Origin: an uncultured bacterium
Lineage (GTDB): Bacteria > Patescibacteriota > Minisyncoccia > UBA6257 > 2-01-FULL-56-20
Direction: 5' to 3'
Assembly: GCA_963696395.1 (NCBI GenBank)
Contig: CAVOJZ010000002.1
Span: 656,344 to 720,343 of the forward strand
Length of the DNA: 64,000 bases
Part shown: positions 19,088 through 29,181 of the stretch, piece by piece
How positions within the stretch are numbered: position 1 is the first letter of the stretch
Layout of the letters: every line of letters begins with the position of its first letter
Notes under the pieces: generated by a model
What the model was told of the DNA's origin: nothing
The model's input: only the letters and a program-made list of their open reading frames with translations
Databases searched by the model: none
Program-made: the position numbers and the translations under genes

Positions 19088-19705
19088 ATGCACGGACCTA
19101 AAGAAAAACGAGAACGAGCATTGGGCGTACGCCTTGGTTTGAAGGGCGACCGTGCCATGTCTCCAAAATCATCGGTCGTACGCAAGCCCTATAAGCCGGG
19201 CGTACATGGTCCGCGCTCACGACAGCGCGCGCTTTCCGAATTCGGCCTTCAGCTCCGCGAGAAGAGCAAGTTCAAGATCAGCTACGGCGTGAACGACGGC
19301 AACCTGAAACGGTTGTTCGAAAAGGCGCAGATTGCAAAAGGCGCGACCGGAGCGAAGATGCTCGAGTTTTTGGAACGCCGTCTCGACAACGTTGTCTTCC
19401 AGCTCGGCTTCACGGTTTCCCGTGCCGCCGCCCGCCAGCTCGTTGTTCAGGGACACATCGCCGTAAATAAAAAGAATGTGAAATCACCGGGCTACGAAGT
19501 GCGCAAGGGTGACATAATCGCCATCCGCAAAACATCGCTCGCAAAAGCCGGCCTTGGCAAGCGCAAAGAATTTCTCATGAAATATGAAGCCCCATCCTGG
19601 CTTCGGGTCGATGCCGAGAAAATGGAAGGGGAAGTGCTTTCGCTCCCAACGGATACCAACCCGCCTTTCGAAATCAATTTATTGGTCGAATCATTCTCTA
19701 AATAA
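19088..19705 (+). CDS. rpsD: 30S ribosomal protein S4
   Basis: Has the S4 domain (LERRLDNVVFQLGFTVSRAAARQLVVQGHIAVNKKNV) and sits at the expected operon position. Confidence 0.85.
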   Translation: MHGPKEKRERALGVRLGLKGDRAMSPKSSVVRKPYKPGVHGPRSRQRALSEFGLQLREKSKFKISYGVNDGNLKRLFEKAQIAKGATGAKMLEFLERRLDNVVFQLGFTVSRAAARQLVVQGHIAVNKKNVKSPGYEVRKGDIIAIRKTSLAKAGLGKRKEFLMKYEAPSWLRVDAEKMEGEVLSLPTDTNPPFEINLLVESFSK

Positions 19706-19723
19706 TTATTAAAAATTTATATC

Positions 19724-20491
19724 ATGGAATTTGCCCACGTCAGCTCAAGTGTTTCCATAAAAACCGTTTCCGAGGATGCGCACAACGGCGTATTCGAGAT
19801 CGAAGGATTATATAAAGGCTACGGTCAGACCGTCGGCACCGCACTCCGCCGGGCTCTTTTGTCATCGCTCCCGGGCGCAGCCGTTACCGAAATCAAGATC
19901 AAGAATGTCCCGCACGAGTTTTCAACCCTGCCGGGTCTAAAAGAGGACATTGTCGAATTGATGCTCAACTTTAAGCGTCTTCGTTTTCGTTTGCACGTGG
20001 ATGAGCCGCAGGTGCTTGCGTTGAAGTCAAAAGGAGAAGGCGTTGTCACCGGGGGAGATATCGAGCTCAACTCCAGCGTTGAGATCATCAACCCGGAGGA
20101 AGTCCTCGGTACGCTCACCGCAAAAGATGCCGACCTCGACATAGAAGTGAAAGTGGAACGCGGCCTCGGCTATGTTCCGGTTGAAGCCCGCAAGACGGAA
20201 GGCCGCCTTCCAATCGGGACGATCGCCATTGATGCGGACTTTTCGCCGATCCGCGCGGTCAATTTCACCATCGAAGATATGCGCGTTGGCGACCGGACCG
20301 ACTACAACCGTCTTCACCTCGATATTAAAACCGACGGCTCGATCAGCCCGTCGTCCGCACTTCACAAGGCCACAAACATTTTGAAGGATCACTTCGAGAA
20401 GGTTTCCGTGGTGGAGGTAAAAGAATTCGACGCTCCGAAAGCCGAAGGTTCCGCGAAACCGAAAAAGAAAGCGGCAAAGAAAGAAGCATAA
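19724..20491 (+). CDS. rpoA: DNA-directed RNA polymerase alpha subunit, short form (NTD only, Lys-rich tail, no alpha-CTD)
   Basis: Alpha NTD motifs (GYGQTVGTALRRALLSSLPGAAVTEIKI). It ends at 255 aa with KAEGSAKPKKKAAKKEA, about 75 aa shorter than typical RpoA. Confidence 0.85.
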   Translation: MEFAHVSSSVSIKTVSEDAHNGVFEIEGLYKGYGQTVGTALRRALLSSLPGAAVTEIKIKNVPHEFSTLPGLKEDIVELMLNFKRLRFRLHVDEPQVLALKSKGEGVVTGGDIELNSSVEIINPEEVLGTLTAKDADLDIEVKVERGLGYVPVEARKTEGRLPIGTIAIDADFSPIRAVNFTIEDMRVGDRTDYNRLHLDIKTDGSISPSSALHKATNILKDHFEKVSVVEVKEFDAPKAEGSAKPKKKAAKKEA

Positions 20492-20506
20492 AATAACCAC
20501 GAAGCC

Positions 20507-20860
20507 ATGCGTCACGGAAAAGCAGGTAAAAAATTCAGTCGGTTGCGCGGTGCGCGGATTTCATTCCTGCGCAATTTGAGCAACGATTTGATCCGCACGG
20601 GCAAAATTGAAACCACCGAGGCGCGCGCGAAAGCGATCCGCCCGGCGGTTGAGAAGCTCGTCACCTTTGCCAAAAAGCAGACGCTCGCTTCGCGCCGCAT
20701 CATCGTGAGCCGCGTGCATAATCAGAAGATTGCTGATAAGCTGTACATCGAGCTTGGACCACGGTATGCCGACCGAAAGGGAGGCTATCTCCGCATCACA
20801 AAGCTTGGCAAGAGCCGCAAGCGTGACGGAGCGGGGCTCGCCCGCATAGAATTTGTCTAA
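20507..20860 (+). CDS. rplQ: 50S ribosomal protein L17
   Basis: MRHGKAGKKFSRLRGARISFLRNLSNDLIRTGKIETTEARAKAIRP... Confidence 0.9.
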   Translation: MRHGKAGKKFSRLRGARISFLRNLSNDLIRTGKIETTEARAKAIRPAVEKLVTFAKKQTLASRRIIVSRVHNQKIADKLYIELGPRYADRKGGYLRITKLGKSRKRDGAGLARIEFV

Positions 20861-20864
20861 TTAT

Positions 20865-21221
20865 ATGGCTATGGATTATCACATTGATGCAAAAAATAAA
20901 GTGTTGGGACGCGTCGCGACTGAAATCTCGCTGATTTTGCAAGGCAAGAAATCGGCTGCGTATGCCCGCAACCGCGTTGCCGAAGACAAGGTTTATGTAA
21001 AAAATGTTGCCGGCATTATCGTCACCGGAAAGAAGACAACCGACAAGGTTTACCGCCAGCACACCGGTTACGTGGGCCACGTGAAGGAAAAGACATTTGA
21101 AGAGGCGATGACGAAAGATCCAAAGTGGGTTTTGCGCCACGCGGTTCGCAAAATGCTTCCGCAAAATTTTCTCACCCAGAAGCGCATCAAGAATTTAATA
21201 TTCGTTGAATCAGAGAAATAA
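20865..21221 (+). CDS. rplM: 50S ribosomal protein L13 (the ORF-track start at 20853 is TTG; ATG at 20865 preferred)
   Basis: ...DYHIDAKNKVLGRVATEISLILQGKKSAAY... Confidence 0.85.
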   Translation: MAMDYHIDAKNKVLGRVATEISLILQGKKSAAYARNRVAEDKVYVKNVAGIIVTGKKTTDKVYRQHTGYVGHVKEKTFEEAMTKDPKWVLRHAVRKMLPQNFLTQKRIKNLIFVESEK

Positions 21222-21222
21222 C

Positions 21223-21660
21223 ATGGCAACCACACCAATAACAAAACATCCCGCGCCGGCACATGCCCACAAGCCCGGCCGCTACACCGAAGCTGTCGGC
21301 CGCCGCAAAACGGCGATCGCCCGCGTCCGCTTGATGAAAGGGGACGGCAAGGTGACAGTGAATGGCAAGGAGCTCAAGCATTATTTTGTCCTTTCGCGCC
21401 ACGCCATTGCGGCGCGCTCTCCGCTCGATCAGCTCAAGCTTGTTGACTTCGATGTGACCGCGCATGTTTCCGGTGGTGGCATTCATGCCCAGGCCGAAGC
21501 CATTCGCCTCGGACTCTCCCGCGCGATCGTTCTCAAAGATCCCGAATGGAAACCGCGCCTCCGCGCGATCGGTTTCATGACCCGCGATTCCCGCATGGTT
21601 GAGCGCAAAAAGTACGGCAAGAAGAAAGCCCGACGCAGTCCCCAGTGGGCGAAAAGGTAA
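21223..21660 (+). CDS. rpsI: 30S ribosomal protein S9 (ATG at 21223 immediately after the rplM stop; track start 21205 overlaps rplM)
   Basis: ...GRRKTAIARVRLMKGDGKVTVNGK...SGGGIHAQAEAIRLGLSRAI...RDSRMVERKKYGKKKARRSPQWAKR. Confidence 0.85.
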   Translation: MATTPITKHPAPAHAHKPGRYTEAVGRRKTAIARVRLMKGDGKVTVNGKELKHYFVLSRHAIAARSPLDQLKLVDFDVTAHVSGGGIHAQAEAIRLGLSRAIVLKDPEWKPRLRAIGFMTRDSRMVERKKYGKKKARRSPQWAKR

Positions 21661-21680
21661 AGATACAGAAATTGCACATG

Positions 21681-21790
21681 CAAAAACACCCCAGAGAATA
21701 TCTGGGGTGTAGTGTATGTGTTCAGAAAATGAATTGATGATTTTTTGTCGCCTTGTGTTCGGAAAATGAATAGAGAACTTTTCCGCCATC
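21681..21790. repeat. Copy 1 of a ~100-nt repeated intergenic element: 9-bp hairpin (acaccccag/ctggggtgt), which acts as a minus-strand terminator, followed by two direct repeats GTGTTC(A/G)GAAAATGAAT
   Basis: About 80% identical to 40208-40310. On the minus strand the hairpin is followed by TTTTTG. Confidence 0.6.
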
Positions 21791-21867
21791 TATGAGCGGA
21801 TCGTGCGGCAGGCGCGCGCATAGAAAAACGGGACCCTTTTCAGAGTCCCGCTGGTAAAAACGAATCA

Positions 21868-22725
21868 TCAGCGTGAGGCGAAGAAAGGATGGAGATCGGT
21901 TATCTCCAGCATCCCTTCTGGATAGAGGCCAACCAAGTCCAATGTTTCTTGGTCAATGCCCTTCCCCGTTTCATATTCGAGCGTCATTGTCGATGGCAGT
22001 TCGGCCAATTTCCGATGCTGTACCACCTCGACAAGTCGAGCTTCGAGGGCACGTTTGCCACCATCTTGGATGGTAGTCGCCGGATCAGCGCTCGCGTTGG
22101 CAACTCGGAGGATCGTTTGTTTGTCATTCACTTTGAACATGAATCTCATAGCGATCGACCCTTGCACCTTGATGCCGTCTGCGGTAATTGCCGTTGCGGT
22201 AGTCTTCACGTTGTAACCGTTTCTGAACGTCTTGATCGTTTGCACAAACGGTACACCAATGGCGGTATCAGACTTGATCGCTGGTTTCGATCCAATTACC
22301 CAAATGTCCGCCGTACCCTTCGCAGTGAAGATGAAAGCGGAAGCGAACAGGGGCAAAGAGATGGCAACGAATTGGAGCAGGTCGCCAACGGGCATCGGTG
22401 AATCATCTTCCGACGACAAACGATAGGAAGGTTTGGGGAGATAGGTCCGACGGGCAGTGTCTCGGTCAACTCCGTGACGCAGCCAAGCCCAGAGAAACTG
22501 GAAGCGCTCCTTGATCCGAAACACATACCAGCAACCCACAAGGATAAATAGGATCACTGAGCCAAGAGCTCCCAGAAGCACGACAGGGTTCTGTGTGTGA
22601 ATACCAGCGATGACTGAGAAAAGCACCATCGTCGAGAGAATCAGTTTGACGAGCAACCGGACAGTGAAACGCTTTGCTACTTCGGTTGCCGCCCTTGAAA
22701 TCGTTGGTGTCGTAACTGTGGGCAT
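21868..22725 (-). CDS. Membrane protein, SPFH/band-7-like (285 aa)
   Basis: Two N-terminal TM segments, then a region with weak SPFH-like character. It is longer and more coherent than the overlapping plus-strand ORFs. The repeat-element hairpin downstream could terminate it. Confidence 0.4.
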   Translation of the reverse strand: MPTVTTPTISRAATEVAKRFTVRLLVKLILSTMVLFSVIAGIHTQNPVVLLGALGSVILFILVGCWYVFRIKERFQFLWAWLRHGVDRDTARRTYLPKPSYRLSSEDDSPMPVGDLLQFVAISLPLFASAFIFTAKGTADIWVIGSKPAIKSDTAIGVPFVQTIKTFRNGYNVKTTATAITADGIKVQGSIAMRFMFKVNDKQTILRVANASADPATTIQDGGKRALEARLVEVVQHRKLAELPSTMTLEYETGKGIDQETLDLVGLYPEGMLEITDLHPFFASR

Positions 22726-22773
22726 AGCGCCCTCCTTTGCGAAATTTGATCCGATAAGATCTGCGGACTACCT

Positions 22774-23833
22774 GAATTCTAGTTTGAATCGCAACGACCA
22801 TTGAACACCTCTCGTGGAGTGAGATAGCCGAGCCGTTTTCTCGGACGGTCATTGAGCAGTCGGACGACTCGGTCGATATCGGATTGTTTCACGATAGCAA
22901 AATCCATACCTTTTGGAAAGAATTGCCGGAGCAGGCCGTTCCAATTCTCATTCGATCCGCGTTCCCAAGAGTGATAGGGCGTCGCGCGGTAGACGGTAAT
23001 ATCAATATCTTTTTCAAGCAAACGATCGTAATCGCCGAACTCAGGACCGTTGTCACGTGTCATGGTGTGCCGCTTTTTCTTCGGGATCTTTTTGAACCGA
23101 TCGCGCGTGATCGCATGTACGTTCTCCGCAGTGACTTTTTCGACTTTGTCCGCCGCACCAAAACCACTCGCCCGATCGACGTGGGTGAGCATCCGTTGCT
23201 TTTTGGTGCGGTCAAGAATCGTATCGCCTTCCCAGTCGCCGATTCGCCTGCGCTCCTCAACCACCGGTGGGCGTTCTTCGATTCGCCTGATTTTCAATGC
23301 GTTCCGCTTGGCTTTCCTCGTGTTCGTGCCACGCCTCCTGCGCCACTTTCCCTTTTGATACCGCAGATATTTTTTGAGGTCCGACCGGTCGCGGTATACG
23401 AACTGGTAAATCGTCTCATGGGAGACGACGGTGTGTTTCGTCATTCGCTGCAAACGTCCCGCGATCTGTTCGGGCGACCAATAGTGCTTGAGTTTTCGCA
23501 TGACATGGCGGCGGAGCGTTCGATCATGCTTCAATTTCTGCGACGGTTCTTTGGCAGCAAACCTTCGGTATTGTGTCTTGTGATGGGCGCTGCCGCCGCG
23601 ATATACGCCGTCATCATCACGGTTCCTCCTGATCTCCCGACTGATTGTACCCGGACTCTTGCCAAGCCGGTCCGCGATCCATGACTGTGTTTTGCCCACC
23701 AAGAGCAGGTGGGCTAGCGCGACACGGTCGTCGCGCGTAAAATGCGAGTGCGACATCTCCGTTATGTGGGTTTTTGGTATTCGACGTACCGATATTCTCA
23801 CCCGCGGAGATGTTGCATTTCAAGATTGAATTC
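22774..23833 (-). mobile_element. IS30-family insertion sequence (~1.06 kb) with imperfect terminal inverted repeats sharing a GAATTC core
   Basis: Contains the IS30-type transposase gene. Left end tgaattctagtttgaatcgcaacg and right end (reverse complement) cgaattcaatcttgaaatgcaaca share about 18 of 26 positions. The transposase stop codon lies inside the terminal repeat. Confidence 0.7.
22779..23801 (-). CDS. IS30-family DDE transposase (likely ATG start at 23756, MSHSHF...; the track start at 23801 is GTG)
   Basis: HTH ...SWIADRLGKSPGTISREIRRN. C-terminus ...ERGSNENWNGLLRQFFPKGMDF...LNDRPRKRLGYLTPREVF matches the IS30 transposase C-terminal signature (GTNENTNGLIRQYFPK...NNRPRK). Confidence 0.85.
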   Translation of the reverse strand: MRISVRRIPKTHITEMSHSHFTRDDRVALAHLLLVGKTQSWIADRLGKSPGTISREIRRNRDDDGVYRGGSAHHKTQYRRFAAKEPSQKLKHDRTLRRHVMRKLKHYWSPEQIAGRLQRMTKHTVVSHETIYQFVYRDRSDLKKYLRYQKGKWRRRRGTNTRKAKRNALKIRRIEERPPVVEERRRIGDWEGDTILDRTKKQRMLTHVDRASGFGAADKVEKVTAENVHAITRDRFKKIPKKKRHTMTRDNGPEFGDYDRLLEKDIDITVYRATPYHSWERGSNENWNGLLRQFFPKGMDFAIVKQSDIDRVVRLLNDRPRKRLGYLTPREVFNGRCDSN

Positions 23834-23948
23834 GCGCCCTCTACAATGACGTTTTGCGCAAGCAATTGCCCAAAAAAGAAAAGGGAGAGGAAGAGAAGCC
23901 AAAAGCTGAATCCACAACGCAAGCGACCACATAAGAACGTGGTCAACT

Positions 23949-23978
23949 CCGCCGGACTTCTCGTCCGGCGGTTTCTTT
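23949..23978 (+). terminator. Orphan intrinsic terminator (ccgccggac/gtccggcgg stem + TTTCTTT)
   Basis: Perfect 9-bp stem with a U-tract on the plus strand and no upstream plus-strand gene. It may be a remnant or an insulator between the IS and the R-M operon. Confidence 0.5.
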
Positions 23979-24117
23979 ATGTTGGTGGATAACCAAACGT
24001 ATTTTGTGTCTCGCACTGCCTTGGATGAGGGGGCCTTGTGAGGACAAAACGGGGTTGTGTACGTCCCCCTTGATGGAAATGGCAAGAGGGAAAACGTCGA
24101 CAATTCTCGGCTAGACG

Positions 24118-24140
24118 CCGCTTAACGAGCGGTTTTTTTT
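24118..24140 (+). terminator. Orphan intrinsic terminator (ccgct/agcgg stem + T8)
   Basis: ccgcttaacgagcggtttttttt. Confidence 0.5.
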
Positions 24141-24389
24141 GTGATACATTGAAGTCACAACTGAATAGAAGTCGCCTAAACCTGTCAGAAATGGCGGGCA
24201 TGGCGCAAAGTCCGGTTAGACATAAAGAACCCATCATGTGGGATTGTCTAACCGGCCATATCGGGAAACCGATATGGAGGGCCAAAAACCCTCGCCTACG
24301 TGGTGGGCTTTTTATTAAAAAAGTTTTCTGCGTGGCGAGCTATATATCTTCAAGCCGGACGGAAGATATGGACGGAATCAGCCACGGTT

Positions 24390-26486
24390 ATGCCAAAAGA
24401 ACTACAAACGCAACTTTCCGATAACGAAAGACGAGACGTGATAAAGTATTTGGAAGCAGGGAAACCGCTTCCGGAAAAATATCGTTTTTTACTATTCAGT
24501 GAGGCTCAAGAGGTAGAGCTTCTTTGGAACGGTAAGACCAATGAGGTTACGAATGTCGTATTGCCGTTCCAAGTAATAGAGCAGATAGACGAACCAAGAA
24601 GCGATAAAAAGATTGGGCTGCAGGATTCTCTTTTCGATACTTCAGGCAGGCAGATAACGGGCTGGACGAATAAGCTGATCTGGGGCGATAACAAGCTTAT
24701 TCTTTCATCGCTCAATAATGGACCATTGCGAAAAGAAATAGAGGCGAATGGGGGCTTGAAATTGATTTACATCGATCCACCATTCGACGTTGGTGCCGAT
24801 TTTTCTATGGATATTAAAATCGGTGATGGCGATGATGAAGAAAGTTTTACAAAAAAACCATCAGTGATAGAAGAAATCGCTTATCGCGACACGTGGGGCA
24901 AGGGCGCTGACAGTTTTATTGCGATGGTGTATGAACGGTTAAAATTGATGCACGCCTTGTTAGCTGAAGACGGCAGTTTGTATGTTCATTGTGATTATCG
25001 TGTTAGTGGATATATGAGATTGGCTCTTGACGAAGTGTTTGGAAAAGATAACTTTAGAAATGAAATTGTATGGGGTTATAGGACGGGTGGTATCTCTAAG
25101 GAGTTTTTTGCTCGCAAACACGACATTGTGTTTTTCTATGCAAAGAATGCCGAGAAAGTAAAATTTAATACTCAATTTTATAAATCCTTCCAACAGAAAA
25201 AATATAATTTTAAAGGAGTTGAGGATTTATGGGATGAAGAAAAAGAGCAGTGGTACCATAACTCAGTTTGTCGGGACGTCTGGGAAGATGTGTTCCCAAT
25301 AGGAACCGAGAATAGCGAGCGCCTTGATTATCCGACACAAAAGCCAGTTGCGCTTCTCGACCGAATAATTAAAGCATCCTCAAATGAGGGCGACCTCATC
25401 GCCGATTTCTTCTGTGGTTCCGGGACAACACTTGCTGTTGCAGAAAAACTCGGTAGGAAATGGATTGGTTCCGATCTTGGAAAATTTGGCATTCATACGT
25501 CGCGCAAACGATTAGTCGGGACGCAGAGAGAACTCAAAAGGGAAGGCAAGAATTTTCGCGCCTTCGAGATTTTGAATGTCGGCAGATATGAAAGGGATAA
25601 TTTTCTCAAGTTGAATAACGATTTGCGTGCGGAGGAAAAAGCTAAGCAAGCAGAAAGAAAAGAGAAAGAATTCGTGCAACTAATCATTTCTGCATATAAA
25701 GCTGAACCAGTGGGGTCTTTTAAGACCCTGGTCGGGAAGAAACGCGATAGATTGGTTGCAGTTGGGCCAATCAATGCCCCGGTTTCCGAACGACTCGTTC
25801 AGCAGATCGTTGAGGAATGCGAGAAAATGAAGATAACTAAAGTGGACGTTCTGGGATTTGATTGGGAGATGGGCTTTGATCGACATGAATTCAGGGGGAG
25901 CGGCATTGATATCGCCTTTAAAGTAATTCCGAGAGAAGTGTTTGATAAGAAGGCAGTGGAAAAAGGCCAAGTCAAGTTTTACGATGTGGCATTCATTGAA
26001 GCGGAGCCGGTTATTAAAGGCAACGCCAACAATAAAGAACTTTCCATTGCACTTACAGATTTTTCCGTTTTTTATAACCAAGATGATTCCGGTGAGGTGG
26101 AGGAAGCCCTTCGACCTGGCGGCGTAAAAATTATCGTAGAAAATGGGCAGGTAGTGAAAATGTCAAAAGACAAAGCGACCGAACTCATTGAAAAGGAGAT
26201 ACTGACGAAGAAGTGGAGTGATTGGATTGACTATTGGGCAGTTGATTTTGATTTTTCGAGCCGAAAGGAGATTGTCAAAGTAATGGAAGGGGGCAAAGAG
26301 AATGAGGTCTGGACGGGGGATTACATTTTTGATAACGAATGGCAAAGCTTCCGGACAAAGAAGAACAGGAACCTTGAATTGACCTCCGCGCCCAAGGTAG
26401 TGCGAAAGGGGACGTATAAAGTCGCGGTTAAAGTCGTAGACATTTTCGGGAACGATACGACAAAGGTAATCGAGGTAAAAATATAA
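24390..26486 (+). CDS. mod: Type III restriction-modification DNA methyltransferase (Mod; beta-class N6A/N4C MTase); alternative GTG start at 24300
   Basis: ...[13 protein letters not shown]...[14 protein letters not shown] (motif IV DPPF) precedes motif [26 protein letters not shown]. The length and a C-terminal target-recognition-like region fit Mod. It is immediately followed by res. Confidence 0.8.
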   Translation: MPKELQTQLSDNERRDVIKYLEAGKPLPEKYRFLLFSEAQEVELLWNGKTNEVTNVVLPFQVIEQIDEPRSDKKIGLQDSLFDTSGRQITGWTNKLIWGDNKLILSSLNNGPLRKEIEANGGLKLIYIDPPFDVGADFSMDIKIGDGDDEESFTKKPSVIEEIAYRDTWGKGADSFIAMVYERLKLMHALLAEDGSLYVHCDYRVSGYMRLALDEVFGKDNFRNEIVWGYRTGGISKEFFARKHDIVFFYAKNAEKVKFNTQFYKSFQQKKYNFKGVEDLWDEEKEQWYHNSVCRDVWEDVFPIGTENSERLDYPTQKPVALLDRIIKASSNEGDLIADFFCGSGTTLAVAEKLGRKWIGSDLGKFGIHTSRKRLVGTQRELKREGKNFRAFEILNVGRYERDNFLKLNNDLRAEEKAKQAERKEKEFVQLIISAYKAEPVGSFKTLVGKKRDRLVAVGPINAPVSERLVQQIVEECEKMKITKVDVLGFDWEMGFDRHEFRGSGIDIAFKVIPREVFDKKAVEKGQVKFYDVAFIEAEPVIKGNANNKELSIALTDFSVFYNQDDSGEVEEALRPGGVKIIVENGQVVKMSKDKATELIEKEILTKKWSDWIDYWAVDFDFSSRKEIVKVMEGGKENEVWTGDYIFDNEWQSFRTKKNRNLELTSAPKVVRKGTYKVAVKVVDIFGNDTTKVIEVKI

Positions 26487-26487
26487 T

Positions 26488-29181
26488 ATGGCCCTACCTA
26501 AAGATTTTCCCAAAGATCCCTATGCCATATTAGATCCGAGCATTCGATGGTTTCCTGCCGATGAAGATTTGCGCGAAAAAGGGTACGACAAACTTCTGCC
26601 TCCACTTGTCGCTGAATTACGCAAGAGAGTAAAGAAGTGGCGAGACGATCACTATGAAGGTGCAAGTGAAACCTCGCGAGCGCTTTTGAACTGGTGGTTT
26701 AATGAGGATCATATTTTGTACGACGAATATGGCGCATCGTCTCAGTTTAGATATTATTTTGCCCAAAGGGAGGCGTTAGAGACGGTTATCTGGTTATATG
26801 AGGTCGCAAAGGTCAAAGATAAGTACGACCTCATTCGATATAATTCGACCGGCGTGCTGAGTGCGGGGATGTTCACTGAAGACTGGTTGCGTTTTGTAAT
26901 CAAGATGGCAACGGGGTCGGGCAAAACCAAGGTGATGAGCCTTGTGGTGGCATGGGCATATTTCCATAAAAAATACGAATCAGATTCCAAATTGGCAAAG
27001 AATTTTCTCTTAATAACTCCTAATGTCATCGTCTTCGAAAGAATAAAGAACGATTTTGAGGGGTTGAAGATATTCTTTAGCGATCCCGTGTTACCGGAAA
27101 ATGGATATGAGGGTCAAAACTGGCAGGATGATTTTCAGATGACGCTTCACTTACAAGACGACTTGCGGAACGTCTCTGAAACGGGAAACATATTTCTAAC
27201 GAATATCCACCGAGTATATGAAAATGACGTAAGGGAAGCGAGTCCGGACGACGAGGATGCTTCTGCGTATTTCTTGGGCGAGAAGCCTGTTACGAAAACA
27301 AACGATTCTACGGTCGATTTAGGGATGATCGTCAGAGATATCGATGAGCTGATTGTCATCAACGATGAAGCGCATCATATACACGATGAAAAGATGGCGT
27401 GGTTCAAGTCGATTTTGGATATCGATAACAAATTGAAGCAAAAGGGGTCGGGTTTGGCTTTGCAGCTGGACGTGACAGCAACGCCAAAGAAAAGTGACGG
27501 GTCTATTTTTGTGCAAACCATTTCCGACTATCCACTTGTCGAAGCCATATACCAGAGAATCGTAAAAAATCCCGTTGTGCCGGATGCGGCGAGTAGGGGA
27601 AAACTGAAAGAAAATCAAAGTGCTTTGTTCAGTGAAAAATACAGGGATTACATAAACCTTGGCATTGAAGAATGGCGAAAAACGTACGAGACGCTCAAGC
27701 CCATGGGCAAGAAATCAATTCTTTTCATCATGACCGATGACACGAAGAACTGCGATGAGGTTGCTGAATATATCGAAACGAGCTACGCAGACTTGAAAGG
27801 GGCCGTCTTAACTATTCATACCAATAAGAGCGGTGAAATCTCGGAGAATGTTACCGGCAAGAACAAGGATGAATTGGATTTGCTGAGGAAACAGGCGAAC
27901 GATATAGATAGCTTGGAAAGCCGGTTTAAAGTAATCGTGTCGGTTATGATGCTCAAAGAAGGATGGGATGTCAAAAACGTCACCACAATCGTCGGGCTGA
28001 GGCCGTTTGCGGCAGATTCAAAGATATTGCCCGAACAAACCCTGGGGCGGGGTCTCCGAAGGATGTTCTTCGGCAGGGATGACGTTGAAGAATATGTGAG
28101 CGTCGTAGGCACACCGATGTTTATGGATTTCGTCGAATCCATCAAGGGCGAAGGTGTGATCCTTGAAAGGAAAGCGATGGGGAGTGGGTCAAAACCGATT
28201 ACGCCGATGGTCGTTGAAGTGGACAGGGAGAATCCCAAGAAAGATATTGAAAAGTTGGACATTGAAATACCGGTGATGTCTCCCAGGATACAAAGGGAGT
28301 ACAAGAATTTGGCGGAGTTAGATGTTTCCACTTTTGGGAATAAGAAGGTTAAAGTGAAAACTTTCTCCGAAGAGGAGAAAAGAGAAATAGTGTTCAAAGA
28401 CGTCGTCGATGAAAAGACGCATCATACGACCATATTGACCGGGGATATCGAGCCGGATTATCAAAGCGTTATCGGTTTTTTTGCTCAATCGGTGATGAGG
28501 GACCTTCGGCTGTTCGGCTGCTACGATATTTTATTCGGCAAGGTGAAGGAATTCGTGCAGCATCACCTGTTTGATAAGCCGGTGGATTTGTCGGATCTGA
28601 ATGTCTTGAGGAATTTATCGGAGATCGAATACATACGACTAATCAAAGAGTCCTTCAAAAAAGCCATCAACGAACTCACGGTGCAGGATAAAGGCGATGC
28701 CGAAATCAAGAACTATATTAAAATCAGTGAAGCGCGGCCATTCGTCGTCAATGATAAGTCCTACTTAATCCCTAAAAAATCAGTTTTCAATAGGATTGTC
28801 GGCGACAGCGATTTTGAACTCGTCTTCTCGGAGTTTATCGATAGGTGCGACGACATCATTTCTTTCTCAAAGAATTTTCAAAATAAGGAGACGAATGCTT
28901 TGAGGATTGAATATAAAAATTCGGAAGGTGTCATCGCTATGTACTATCCCGATTTCTTCGTTAAGAAAGATGATCGGACGGTCTATATTATTGAGACCAA
29001 GGGGAGAGAGGAGGAAGACGATAAATTGAAATTTGAACGATTACAAAAATGGTGCGAAGATGTTAATGAGAGACAGAGCAGAATGATGTATAAAGCTTTA
29101 TATATTAAGCAGGAGGAGTGGCAAAAAGAACGACTCAAGAATTTCGATGAGGTTATAAGGATGTTTGATAAAGAAAAATAG
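26488..29181 (+). CDS. res: Type III restriction enzyme Res subunit (SF2 helicase + C-terminal PD-(D/E)xK nuclease)
   Basis: Walker A IKMATGSGKTKVMS, DEAH-like VINDEAHHI, helicase motifs, and C-terminal YYPDFFV...IIETKG. The ATG is 1 nt after the mod stop, indicating translational coupling. Confidence 0.8.
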   Translation: MALPKDFPKDPYAILDPSIRWFPADEDLREKGYDKLLPPLVAELRKRVKKWRDDHYEGASETSRALLNWWFNEDHILYDEYGASSQFRYYFAQREALETVIWLYEVAKVKDKYDLIRYNSTGVLSAGMFTEDWLRFVIKMATGSGKTKVMSLVVAWAYFHKKYESDSKLAKNFLLITPNVIVFERIKNDFEGLKIFFSDPVLPENGYEGQNWQDDFQMTLHLQDDLRNVSETGNIFLTNIHRVYENDVREASPDDEDASAYFLGEKPVTKTNDSTVDLGMIVRDIDELIVINDEAHHIHDEKMAWFKSILDIDNKLKQKGSGLALQLDVTATPKKSDGSIFVQTISDYPLVEAIYQRIVKNPVVPDAASRGKLKENQSALFSEKYRDYINLGIEEWRKTYETLKPMGKKSILFIMTDDTKNCDEVAEYIETSYADLKGAVLTIHTNKSGEISENVTGKNKDELDLLRKQANDIDSLESRFKVIVSVMMLKEGWDVKNVTTIVGLRPFAADSKILPEQTLGRGLRRMFFGRDDVEEYVSVVGTPMFMDFVESIKGEGVILERKAMGSGSKPITPMVVEVDRENPKKDIEKLDIEIPVMSPRIQREYKNLAELDVSTFGNKKVKVKTFSEEEKREIVFKDVVDEKTHHTTILTGDIEPDYQSVIGFFAQSVMRDLRLFGCYDILFGKVKEFVQHHLFDKPVDLSDLNVLRNLSEIEYIRLIKESFKKAINELTVQDKGDAEIKNYIKISEARPFVVNDKSYLIPKKSVFNRIVGDSDFELVFSEFIDRCDDIISFSKNFQNKETNALRIEYKNSEGVIAMYYPDFFVKKDDRTVYIIETKGREEEDDKLKFERLQKWCEDVNERQSRMMYKALYIKQEEWQKERLKNFDEVIRMFDKEK

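Noticed and set aside
21889-22401. Plus-strand ORFs 21873-22426 opposite the SPFH-like membrane protein gene
   Set aside because: The minus-strand 285-aa ORF has TM segments and a coherent domain. The plus-strand frames are shorter and Cys/Arg-rich.
22884-23684. Plus-strand ORF (266 aa) antisense to the IS30 transposase
   Set aside because: The transposase has unmistakable IS30 motifs on the minus strand, so the antisense ORF is incidental.
24149-24424. 91-aa ORF overlapping the mod start region
   Set aside because: It has no motifs, overlaps the R-M operon leader, and is more likely non-coding (the region contains the orphan terminators).
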